Source: the human T2T-CHM13v2.0 reference genome, Homo sapiens | Length of the DNA stretch: 64,000 bases | Assembly: GCF_009914755.1 (NCBI RefSeq) | Contig: NC_060933.1 | Strand: one strand, 5' to 3' | Part shown: piece by piece, positions 1-12,169 of the stretch | How the letters are laid out: each line of letters opens with the position of its first letter | How positions within the stretch are numbered: the stretch's first letter is position 1 | Position numbers and translations under genes: made by a program | Notes under the pieces: model-generated | What the model was told of the DNA's origin: nothing | Databases searched by the model: none | What the model saw: only the letters and a program-made list of their open reading frames with translations

Positions 1-59
1 AAACTTAACAGGCATGAGTCTAGGTAAAAGTCGAATATTGTTTGAACTGGGGCAATGTC

Positions 60-720
60 CACAAAAATGAAATGGAAAGAACAGCTGAGATTTTAGAGCT
101 AGTGTTCAAGGGACTTGGTGACTGACAAATCTAGAAATTCAGAATTAGGAGGAGTTTATACTGACTATAAAGTGTTAGCTTAGCTGACTGCTGACTGATG
201 GATGCTGTTTTAGTAAGCAGAGATAGTGAACATGAAACTGTTTGATTTTTAGAATATGTATATGAGAGCTCCAGTTGGACATGTTGAGTTTTGAAGTACA
301 TTTGAGATATCAACTAGAAACAAGTTTCTTCATAGTTATAAACGTGTGTCTGGAATTCAGAAAAGCAGTCTCGGGTGGAGTTAAGTTTGTGGAGTCACTG
401 GCCTATTTGTAGTTGATTAGTTAGAGTCATGAAGGTAGACCTAGGCCTTAAGGAGAGATAAGCATAAGCATGTGGGGTTTAGGTATAGGGTAGAAGAAGA
501 AGAATCAGCAAAAGAGACTAAAGAAGGACTTGAAGAGCAGTCCTTGTAAGCCATTGAAGAATGGGATTTCAAAGAGAGGAAACCACTGACAAAGTTAATT
601 GTCAAAAAGGCGAGACTGAAACTAGACCACTGGATTTAGCCATTAGAATATTAGTGCTCTGTAATTAAGCAGTTTGCACAGAGTTGTCCAGAGCAGTTGT
701 ATTGCACTGAACTGAATAGC
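60..720 (-). mobile_element. L2 LINE relic
   Basis: Purine-rich degraded text typical of antisense L2 (e.g. 'ttgagatatcaactagaaac', 'tctggaattcag', 'cactggatttagcc'). Boundaries approximate. Confidence 0.55.
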
Positions 721-744
721 AATTGGGATGTAAACAAATGGAGA

Positions 745-957
745 CGGTGGTTCTCAACCAGGAATGGTTTTGCCCTCCGGGGAACATTTGGCAATATCTA
801 GAGGCATTTTGGATTGTCACAACTGGGGAAGTGCTACTAACATCTAGTAGGCAGAGACTACACATGCTGCTAAACATTATACAAGACATAAGACAGCTCC
901 CACAGCAGAACATTATCTGGCCCAAAATGTCAATAGTGCCAAGACTGAGAAATCCTA
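745..957 (+). mobile_element. MER20 (hAT-Charlie MITE)
   Basis: Starts cggtggttctcaacc; contains gaacatttggcaatatctagaggcatttt and ttatctggcccaaaatgtcaatagtgccaag; ends gagaaatccta. ~213 bp. Confidence 0.9.
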
Positions 958-3159
958 CTTTAGATAAAGACAAAATCTAGCTATGAAGAGGAGAAAAGAA
1001 AGAGGATGGTGGCTTGCTATGGAGGAAAAATCTCATGGTTTTACAAAGAGGACATTTGAGCATAAGAAAAAGAGGAAGGATAAGGTAGGGAAAAAGAAAA
1101 AATAAATAAAGGATAGTTCGCCGAGTAATGTTTCATGGAGACTAAAGAGAATATTATATTCCAGAGCATAATTGAGGGATAAAACTTGGACAGCAAAAAG
1201 GATTTCCACCGCTCTCCTACCTCTTCTAAAATAGAAAGGAGGACAAACAACAAGGAAAACTATGGCTATGGATAAAAGGCATATAAAGGAGTATTAGGGG
1301 GGGTTTATGCCTGGGAAGTAAGAGGCTAATTCATCATGCAGAAGGGTGAAAATACAGAAAATGATCAATAAAACAGACCTTATGGAGGGTAGTAAAATTT
1401 AAGCAGTAAAAGGTTGGGATTGGAAAAGAGAAGTATGTAAATAATTGTTAAACATCACTAAAGAACAGGTTAAATATCAAAATTACAAATTTTGGGGGAA
1501 AATTGACTTAAATGGTAATATGATTTTATCAGGTAACACTCAGCAACCCAAGAACAGTATCAGAGAAAACAGACATTTATGATTGCCAGAATAAGGGAGT
1601 GCTTACCAGAAGATTCTGGTAAGCACATGGATTAAAATATGTTTGGAATAGTTGTCCTTGCCATAAGTCATATCTTAAAAGTAGTTATGTACTCCCAAAT
1701 ATCTAGACTCTTAAAAAGACTGTTGATTAATTTAAAATAACGCTGTAGGATCAGTAATAATATCTCTTGCTAATTACTTTTTATCAAGATGCTTCTATCC
1801 TTTTTTTCTTTTTGTATCTGCATAGATGCTAAATAAACCAGAGATAATTGAATGACGAAGCTGATGATCTAAACTGAATTTAGAGTTAGAAGGTCCTTTC
1901 ACTCATTACTCACCTTTGGTTCTGCATTTGTTTTATTGTATTTTAGTTTTGCAAAGTCAGAGCCTCAGATTTTCTTTTTATTTCTATTCCCTCCAATGTG
2001 TTATAATTCCGTGTGCCTGATTTGCTCATTTCATTCCCAGTGCTTTGTTTGTTCTTTGTCCAGAGTCCCTAGGCTGTTTTTGGCTCTGGGATTTACACTG
2101 CACAACCTATTAATGATATCAGATCATTGTGTGGTGAGTGCTACATCCCTAAGATATTTACAAAAACAGCGAGCAAATTCTCTGTTGTAATTAGGTCAAA
2201 TAATTCTAGAAAATGTCTTTTGTTGACTGATTGTATAGACTCATCATAGCCTTTATGTGCTATTTTTTTCTGGCACAAAGATAATTACTTCTATTACCAT
2301 CCTCAAATAACAATGCTTTTCTTCTCCAGTCTTTGTCTGGAGCTGTCCATTAGCTCACTGACACCAGAGTTTCTAAAACGTTGTTTTTGTCCATTATTTA
2401 TTTATCCCAGAAATTGCAGCTGAGTTGCAGGCATCTGGTTTTCAGCACAGGTCAGCTATTTTCTAATCCAGATCCCTTATCTTTTCAGTTAAGCATTTTG
2501 GAGGTTTGGATACATTCTAGATTGTGTGCAGAGGAGCCAATTTGCAGGCAGAAGTCCAGAAATTGGTTGGGACATCATCTTTTTTTTTTTAATTGCTGAT
2601 TTATGTTGATTTAGTTACTCAATAATCTACTCCTCTTCAGTTTTCTCAAACTACAACTAGGTAGCCGCTAGTTTTATTCAAATGTTTACCCACCATATTA
2701 TCACAGACCAAAGATTAGCAAATATACCCTTTGAATTTTCTTAAACCAAGGACCAGTTATTTCTACAAGCTCAATTATAGGAGAGTTATATAACAATTCC
2801 AATTCTAAAGTTCAATCAAGTAAGTCCCTTGGTCTATATAGCCAGTGTAGTCAATAATCAATGAATTTTAGCTACCATGTAGATAGACTTCCTCTAATCA
2901 GGGTTATGAAATTATTCAAGAGCTGTTGTACACAAACTAAAATGTGCATTTCCTAGTGAACTGATCTAGGATTACATTTATTCTTTGAAGTCACAGAAAA
3001 TTTGACATTTAGCTGGTCTTAAAATATCTTTTGAGGTTTACTTGTCTCGGTGTCCATTTGCTCTTGTTTATCTACCGAATAAATCCTCACTCATACCTAT
3101 GATAACAGTATCAATAATTATTCTTGGATATCTACCCTGTTCTACTCACCGTAATATTT

Positions 3160-3851
3160 TCACATCACTCCGCTCCAGAATTTAGTCCTAATACATTTAA
3201 GTCAATCCTAACATTGCTACCACTCGCTGCAAGGTGACTGGAATGAGCAGTTAATCTAACCAGGGCAATAAAGTGCAAAGAGATATTTGCTTGGTTCTTT
3301 TGGGAAGGCTTTTTCTGCTTTATTTTTTGGTATTTAATAATAAAGAAGCTTTATCTCTGTTGTATTAAATGAGGAAGTATAGTGGTTAGGAGCAGGAACT
3401 TTGAAGACAAAAAGTACCTGGGTTTAAATCATGATTACTCTGTATGATCTTAGCAAATTATTTAATTTCTCTGGTCCTCAGTGTTATTAATATCATATGC
3501 AAAATAGGGATAATAATAATTCTTACCTGTGGCATTTGTTTGTGGTATTAATAATAATCAATACTTATTAATCACTGAAAACAGCACCTGGCACACTGTG
3601 AGGACTATTAAAAATAAATAAATATACTTCTAGGAAGCTGCTAGCAGTCATCTTAAGAGCAGACACTCTTAGGAAGGTGCACAACTTATGGAAGGGAGAG
3701 AGAAGTGAGAGAAAGTTGGGACTTCAGTGATAGCATTAACCCTTCTGAAGTCTACCTGGACGTTCCAGTTACGTGAGTCATAAGTTACAATCTTATTGGC
3801 TAAGCCAGTTTGAGTTGAACTTTGTTATTTATAGTCTAAAGATCCCTGACA
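3160..3851 (+). mobile_element. Old MLT1 (MaLR) LTR relic interrupted by a MIR
   Basis: 3' end 'ccagttacgtgagtcataag...taagccagtttgagttgaactttgttattt...ctgaca' resembles old MLT1 termini. Boundaries approximate. Confidence 0.5.
3376..3615 (+). mobile_element. MIR SINE
   Basis: gtatagtggttaggagc...cctgggtttaaatc...atcttagcaaattatttaatttctctg...aaaatagggataataata...cctggcacac. Confidence 0.8.
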
Positions 3852-6199
3852 AAAAAGTGAAATATCACCAACTTTAATAAACACTTTAAAACATCTATTG
3901 CCTTTAGATATAAAGATAAATAAAGCACAGACACTCTCTTAGATTCAACACATATTTATCGAATTCCTATTATATATAAGACAAAATGCAGTCGCTCAGG
4001 GCATCTCTCAGAGCCCTAGATAGGAGGCTTAGCATTTACATAAATAATTATAATGGAAGATGGAAGAGTTTAAGAGTTTAAGCTCTCTAAAACAAACATA
4101 GATGAGTTGCCCTGGAAATTTAGAGATGTCATGTGTAGATTGGGTTATTCAGTAAGTTTTGAGGGAATGCCATTTCTAAGACTCGAAACAATAGAATCTA
4201 GCCTAAACTGTTGTTTATCTATTCATCGATTCAAGAAGTATTCATTGAGTACCTATTTTGTACAAGAAACTTATACAAGAAGCTGGAGCTGAAACATTGA
4301 GGAAAATTAAACACGATTCCTGCTGTCATGGTGCATCAATGGGGGAAAAAGTTACGAATCAAAGAATCACACAATAATAGTACAAATACAACCATAAGTG
4401 CTATAAAGAAAAAACTCAAACAGCCCCGAAATTATGAGATAAAGAAATATGAAGCCTGCAAACAGATTTTCCAAATTTTTTAGATGAGGAAAGATCAAAT
4501 CAAAGAGAATGACTTACTCAAGATCTCTCAACTAGTTAGAGTTGGAACTGAAATCCAGTACCCTTGAACTCTTACCTACTTCTTTCTTCAACAACAAATA
4601 TCATGCTTTTAGGTGAAGTTATTCATTTTGGATTGAAATGATCCTAGGCCAATCATAGATCCTAGTAGAGATTTTATTCCCAAAAAACGCAACATCTCTC
4701 TCTCATGACCAATTAAAATAAATGCTTCAAAAATTATTTTAGTGAGAGTCTTCTTGCAGTAAGGTAGGAATGCCATTCAGCTAGAATAAGGAGGAGAAAA
4801 TCTGTAATACATTTTTAGTACTAAATTAATGTCATTCCAAGTTATGCTGGCCAGATTCTTTGCCTTTCCTTGACAGACTGACAAAGAATGAAAACCAACC
4901 CAAATTATGCCTAGTAGAGGTCACTTGTGCCTTAACCGGACTCTTTGGTTGAAGTGTTGACATGTAGCAAATTTTGTAGAAACAAATGATCATTATGGAG
5001 AGCATGATAGTCAACACAAATAGCATGTAATTAGCATTTGTCATCACTGGCTTCTGGTAGAGTCATCTTAATAGACAATAAGCAATAAAGGTTGGTGTAT
5101 TGAGACCAGTTCAGTTAATTAGTCCCTTGTTGTTCCTCAGAGACCACAGTAAGCTATTTTAATCTTTTATCTCTTCTTTTCAACAGATACTACTGTTCTC
5201 CATGGGCAGAGTCAGGGTCCCCTGTATTGTTTTTGGCATCTCACTTCCATGAGGCAAGCTCTAAAAATGTCTTTATAGTTTTACCACCTTCTTTGCAAAA
5301 TATATTTTTTTATTGCATTTTTCATGCTCAAGGTATCCCAAAGCAATTTACTATGAGTTTCAAATCTGGATTGACGGTGGCTCAGTAAGCAATCATGTTA
5401 GCCATTATGCATTCAAGGCTAGCTTATACCCAGCCCTGAAATTAAAATCCAACTTGTCACAAGAGACAATATCTCCTGGGAAACTTATGTAATTTTCCTC
5501 TCTCTCTCTCTCTTTCTCTTTGTCTCTCTATCCCCCACCACCTCCTAACTCACCTGTCGAGCACTGACAGTTATCAGATGGATATAAAAGGATATGATAT
5601 TTCTCTCTCTCACAGGGACATTTGATGATTGAAAAGTAAATTTGGAAAGTGCTTGAAGAATATTGGGAAAAATATCAATAGAAAGAACCAGATGAATGCA
5701 GCTTACAATGGGTCTGCTGTGTCAATGCCACCAATGCCTGCATTGCTGGGCTTGCTCCAAGAGGTCTACAGACTTGAAGTTGCTTCCCTCAAACACTCTA
5801 TGCCCTGGGTTAATAAGCACTCTCTAAATCCCCTTTCATCACCTTTTACAATATGCATTGTATTTACCTGTTTACTTGTCTATATTTCTTATTAGATGGC
5901 AAACTCTGTAAAGGCAGCAACCTTGTCTAACTTGCTCATTACTGAACTCAGAGTAATTACAACGTTTCCTGACCTATGGTAGCTGCTAGGTGATTGTTAG
6001 TGAGAAGGAAGAAGAAGGAAAAGATGAAAGACAAAAGAAGGAGGCAAAAGTGGAAGAGAAGGAAGGAGAAGAAGCAAAGAGATACAGGTAAAATAGGATA
6101 GTTTCATGCACACATTGGAGTAAGATATGATTAGTCTGATTCAATGTAGACAATCTGGAATATTCAGGTTTTAGAGGATGACACATTTTTATGGTTTAC

Positions 6200-6565
6200 T
6201 TTCTTAGTCTGTTTAGGCTGCTATAACCAAACACCATTGACTAGGTGGCTTATAAAGAACAGAAATGTATTTCTGACAGTTCTGAAAGCTGTTGAGTCCA
6301 AGATCAGGATGCCAGTAGACTCGGTATCTGATGAGGGCCTGCTTCCTTGTTCACAGATGGATTTTCTTCTTACTGTGATCTCACATAGGGGAAGGGGTAA
6401 GAGCGCCATCAAGGGTCTCTTTTATTCAGGGTACTAATCTCATTCATAAGGGCTCCACTCTCATTACCTAATCACCTCCCAGAAATTTCACCTCCAAATG
6501 CAGTAATATTGAGGATTAGGTTTCAACATACGAATTTAGGAAGAGGGGACATTCTGTCTGTAGTA
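6200..6565 (-). mobile_element. MaLR solo LTR (MLT1A0/MSTD-like)
   Basis: Starts tcttagtctgtttaggctgctataac; contains cattcataagggctccactctcattacctaatcacctccc. 5-bp TSD TTTAC at 6195-6199 and 6566-6570. Confidence 0.85.
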
Positions 6566-7305
6566 TTTACCTTCTTCCTAAGGCAGGAATGTCTTCTATC
6601 ACAACGCTGATGAAAAATAATTCAGCCTTTGTCCAAAGTCCACAAACTTCCCAAAGTAGCCCTTAATATTTTTGATAATTCTTTATTATTGGAACATGTA
6701 TCTCCAAAACGGCACAACCGATCTTCTGCAACTTATATGCATTTGCCTCAGTTTGTACATGTATCATTCATCAGAGTAACTTCTTTTTATGCATGAGAGC
6801 CTTTGGGTATTTGAAAGGTCTTCCTACATCTATCTTCATCACTGGCTTGGTCATTGTCTTTTGGGCATCCTCTGGTTCCTCTTGAGTATTGGCACCTGTC
6901 ATTATAAAGAATACTGTATATGTACCCTCACCCTAGAGAGCATATGGCACTATCCTCTGTTCTAATCAGGCCCCTCTGCTTGTATTTGTGCAGCATCTCT
7001 TCTTCGGTTCCTTCCAAACTTGTGGTCCTCTAAAACATAAGATATTTTTTACATTAATTTTTGAAAAGCCATGAATCCTATATTTTTATTTGCAACAGAG
7101 CATATTTTTGTTTTTGTTTCCGTTTTGTTTGTGTTTATTATTTTTTAAAAAGTAGAAAATTTACCTTGATACCACTTTTATTTTACGTTGCTTATTTGAG
7201 TTTATCATTTGTGATTATTGATTTTTTTTAAATGTACTGATTTGGTCTTTTGTTCATTGAGGATACCAATCAACATAAATTAGTCTTAGAAAAGGACAGG
7301 ATATA

Positions 7306-7678
<373 letters not shown>

Positions 7679-8020
7679 TTATAGACTAACAGACCAAAAA
7701 AAAAACCATAAATGTAATCAAAATATGGGGCTATATGTGAGTACAAAACTAGAGACATACCCAGACACTAAGAAAGTACTGAGAAAATAAATATAAATCA
7801 ACTACAGGTGGAAGAAGAGAAGACTTCCTGGAGGAAGTGAGAATTTTGAAAGACCTATAGGAGTTAACTAGAAGAAAAAAAAAGGACAAGGATATTTTAG
7901 GTCAAATATGACATAGGAAATAGCTTGGAAGCATGAGAGCAAAAGAAATATTCTCTCATCTGTTGTATTACCTGTCCCTTTCGTCTTGGTCTCTGTAGCA
8001 ACTTTGAAAAACATGCACTC

Positions 8021-8587
8021 TGTGATAGTTCATTTTAGTTGTTAACTTGATTGGGTTAACGGATATCCAGATAGCTAGGAAACATTATTTCTGAGTATGT
8101 CTGTGTGGGTGTTTCCAGAAGAGTTTAGTATTTTAATGAGTAGACTAAAAAGATTACCCTCACCAATGTGGGAGGGCATCATCCAGTCCATCGAGAACCC
8201 AAATGGAGCAAACGGGTAGAGAAAGAGCAAATTTATTCTCTCTTCTGGAACTGTGACATCCATCTTCTCCTGCCTAGAACATCAGAATTCCAGATTCTCT
8301 GGCCCGTGGACTCCAGGACTTGCACCAGCAGTCCCTCCTCCCCCATCCTCCAGTTGTCAGGCCTTCAGTTTCAGATTGGGAGTCACACCATTGGCTCCCT
8401 TGGCTTCTCAGGCCTTCAGACTCCAGCTGAATTGCACCACCAGCTTTCCTGCTTTTCCAATTTGCAGACATTTTTGTGGGATGTTTCAGCCTCCATAATA
8501 CATCAGGCAATTCCCATAATAAACCCTCTCTTATATATCCCTATATAGCCTGTAGGTTCTGTTCTCTGGAGAGCCCTGATTAATATA
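8021..8587 (+). mobile_element. MLT2B-type ERVL solo LTR
   Basis: Starts tgtgatagttcattttagttgttaacttgattggg; contains ccctcaccaatgtgggagggcatcatccagtcc; ends ggttctgtttctctggagagccctgattaatata. Confidence 0.88.
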
Positions 8588-10899
8588 TACTTATTATTCA
8601 AGTTATTGATGAAATATTTAATATTTGCCTATGCTGTTTTAATGCTCTTGTATGTCATGATATGGTAAGAAAATGATTCATATGGGACAAAGTGACATTC
8701 AAACATTTAATAACCTATATTTTGAGAAGCTATCATCCCAAACTTTCTAAGTCAGTATTGAAAATTTTAGCAGAACAGAAAACAGGAAATGTGTTTACTC
8801 TCCTGATATTCTTGAAGCTGGCAAAATTAAAGAAGGGTTGTCCTAGCCATTTTAACCTTCCAGACACCAGGTCTTCTATTTTTCTAGTGGGTGAGAGAAG
8901 AATTGCAGCCAGCCAGAGCTTATCACCAAGAGACCATTAAGTCTAAAACTCATAGTGCTGTCAGATTGCCTGACTCATTTTAATGGGCAAACCAATGACT
9001 TCTCAGAGCTTTGACCTGTGTTACTTAGAGTAACACCAGCTCTAATGAAAACAAAACAAAATCAAATTTCAGTGTCTCTATATAACAGAAATTTATAAAC
9101 TCACATAACAATCTGATAACAGTTCCAGGTCAATGTGCAGTTCTTTACCTAGTGACTCAAATGCCCAGGTCCCATTCATATTCTGGTTCCATTCATAGTG
9201 ATTATATGGTTTCCAAGTTCTTCATACTCACGTTCACCAACTGGTGGAAGCAGAAAGAAAACATGAAGAAAGAACACTCATTTCTTAACCCCTCTGTCCA
9301 GGAAGTGAAACATATTACTTCTGCTCACATCCCATTCGATAAAATTAGTCATGTGACCATGCGGTACTCCCTTATTCGTCAGCTGTTTCCCTGTTCTCTG
9401 AAAGGGAAAGCCCAAGATTTGGTGTCTTATGTCAGCTGCAAGCCTTGCCAGTGGTGCCATGAGCTACAGAGGGGTCCAGTCATTTTTATATATTTTAAGC
9501 ACACTCTCTGAGAACCAATTCAAATACTTTAAAAAATTAAAGAGCTTCAACTGAAAAGTATATCAACCATCTACCCAGCACCCACTGATTTTTACCCCTT
9601 TTTGTAATTATTAACCTATTATCGTTAGTCAATTCTCACCAATACACAATGTATTATTTCAAAATAACTTGATAATATTTGTCAATATAACAAAAATGAC
9701 TTCCTAAAAATCTACCTGTAAGGTATCTGTTTCTTGCCAGAAACAAAAGGTTTTAGTTTTTAAAAGAAAGAAAGAAGAAACAAGAATATTCTAATATAGC
9801 CTGGAGATATATAATATACACTAAGGTTTCCTCTAATATCATGATCAAAATATTTGCTAAAACAATTTAACAATCTATACATACACTATATTTTCATGCA
9901 ATTGATAGTTTTCTATATCATCCCAAAGATGTCAAGGATATCTACTTTGCCAAATGTTTCTGCTGAAGGGAAGCAACTGTATATATAAACTTATCTTGAT
10001 TGCTTTACTCATAGTCCAATTTTCTTTCTTTCTTTTTTTTTTTTTTTTTTTTTTACAAAAAAAGAAACCAAATGTGTGCCAGGCTTCTGTGGTTTAGTGA
10101 GTGGGTTTGTACCTATGCTGTTTCCTAGTGAGAATTAAGTCTTTGCCAAAGTGTTCAGAAATTATTTATTGCTTTCCAAATATGCCTATAGAAAGAAAGG
10201 AGCTTTACAAGTCTGAGAGGTCCTAGAGTCCATCAGACACACAGTTGAAGACCTTTGGGAGCCTCCTGAAACTATCTTTAAAACCCCCAGTAAATGGGAA
10301 CAGCCATGGCATTCAGATTTTCCATTTCTCAGAGTTACTAAGGCATAGCGAGAGAAAAAAAGTAAGTTATAGTGAAAGGAGGAAAAAGGATTTCATACTA
10401 ACTATCCTAGGGGCAAGTATGTGATAGTATAACATCATAATTCCTCAGGTTTTTGTCTACCTAGTGGCATCCTCAGAGGGTCTTGAGGAGACAACAGCTT
10501 TGCTCACCATCAGAAGAAATGTTTGATTATCTGTTTACAAAGCTCTATTATAAACAAAGTTATATCTGCCCCTTTCCTTCTGGGAAACTACCAATGGAAC
10601 TAATGTGATAATAATTGAACAGGCAGTATTTCCATGGTAGTGACAAAATGGAAAAATATACAGCTCTTGAGACTTTGTCAAGGTGCTTCTGCGGTAACTT
10701 GTGTAAAGCTGGAGATGGCTTCCATTTCTTGGGCCAATAATAGGAGAATGGAAAACCTTTGGTAAAAGATTTTTTCTTTCGGCTTCTTCATTTTGATGGC
10801 TGTTCTTGTCTAGAGCTCTTTGGAGTATTTGCAATTTGGATTATTGATTGATTTGGTCCAGAACTTTTTTGTCATCAGTTCTCCTCTAGAAAGCCATAG

Positions 10900-11080
10900 A
10901 GGCAGAACATTTTAGTTTGAGCCTTCCTGACTTTTAATGATTCTCAGTGGGACAAATGATTTAATTATTAACTTTATTGAACCTCAGATTTCTCAGCTGC
11001 AAAATAGAGATGATGCTATCAATCTACTTTACAGGGATTGTGCCAAACTTAAATAAGCTATTAGAAAGCACATGAGATGC
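10900..11080 (+). mobile_element. MIR fragment
   Basis: Core-like 'gaacctcagatttctcagctgcaaaatagagatgatg...acagggattgtg'. Confidence 0.6.
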
Positions 11081-11861
11081 TACCTTTAGGAATATCTCCA
11101 AAAATCCGGAAATCTTACTTTTCCACGCAAGCAGTAGGTAAGCAAAGAAACTTCTCTGTGAACATAAAGGCCAGTATTTAGTTACAGTCATGATAATCAT
11201 TCTGGTTACATACCTAATTTATTTAGAAAGGATGCTTATTTATGTCTTTGTTGTTACTGCTGTTGATCCTCTAAAAACAGGAGCGAATTAGATCAGTGAC
11301 TGGAGTTTGCAACCTGGTGGCATGGAGGAGCATAAATGACGCAACAGCGGGTGTCCAGCAGCTGTCATTTCTGAACTGATGCATCATTATCAGTGCTGGG
11401 GAAAATCACATGGCATCTACTGACACTGATTAAAGCTGATTTTCCCCTGAAATGCTCTCTCACATCTATTGCACGGTAATGAGTCATGCCCAATGTCAGC
11501 CTTTCAGTTTCTGACAGTTTAAGTACACATCGTTGGATAGGCTCCAGCCAGGCTGACATCTGAAATATAATGAACAATGCCATTCTAAATTGCCAATGCG
11601 CATAGAAGTAAATGTGTGAGGAGCCATATGGAAACTGCTATTGTACTGGATGCTACAATGCATTGTGGAGCATTACTTAGCAGTGGGAAAAGTATACTGT
11701 ATAGGAGGGATGACATAACCCTCAGTGTGATGGCAGTTTAGGCACAAAAGGCAACTTCTGAAACAACCATCATATAAAACTGTCCACATGTACTTTCAGA
11801 CTATAGTAGTAACTGTCAGTTTCTCTCATCTAGAGCCTACGTTAGATGAAAAGAGGATCAT

Positions 11862-12164
11862 GGCTGGGTGTAGTGGCTCATGCTTGTAATCCTAGCACTT
11901 TGGAAGACCCAGGGGAGAAGATCACTTGAGGTCAGGAGTTCAGAACCAGCCTGGGCAACAAAGTGAGACCCCCATCTCGAAAAAAATTTTTTTTTTTAAT
12001 TAGCTGGGCATAGTGGCACACCTCTGTAGTTTCAGCTACTTGAGAGGCTGAAGTGGGAGAATGGTTTGAGCCCAGAAGTTTGAGACTGCAGTGAACAATG
12101 ATCACACCATTGCACTCTAGAGCCTGAGTGACAGAGCAGGACCCCGACTCGAAAGAAAAAAAAA
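11862..12164 (+). mobile_element. AluJ SINE
   Basis: J-type diagnostics (ctgggcaacaaagtgagacccc, gagcccagaagtttgagactgcagtgaacaatgatc); heavy CpG decay; short A tail abutting the L1 5' end. Confidence 0.9.
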
Positions 12165-12169
12165 GGCAT

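Noticed and set aside
5600-5895. Strong acceptor (ctctctctcacag) followed by an 88-aa ORF
   Set aside because: No convincing donor, no protein similarity, and it runs into L2-like sequence.
8075-8548. Overlapping ORFs up to 126 aa
   Set aside because: They lie entirely within the MLT2 LTR.
10535-10834. 99-aa minus-strand ORF as a processed pseudogene or RTE relic
   Set aside because: No recognisable domain, poly(A) or TSD; non-ATG start.
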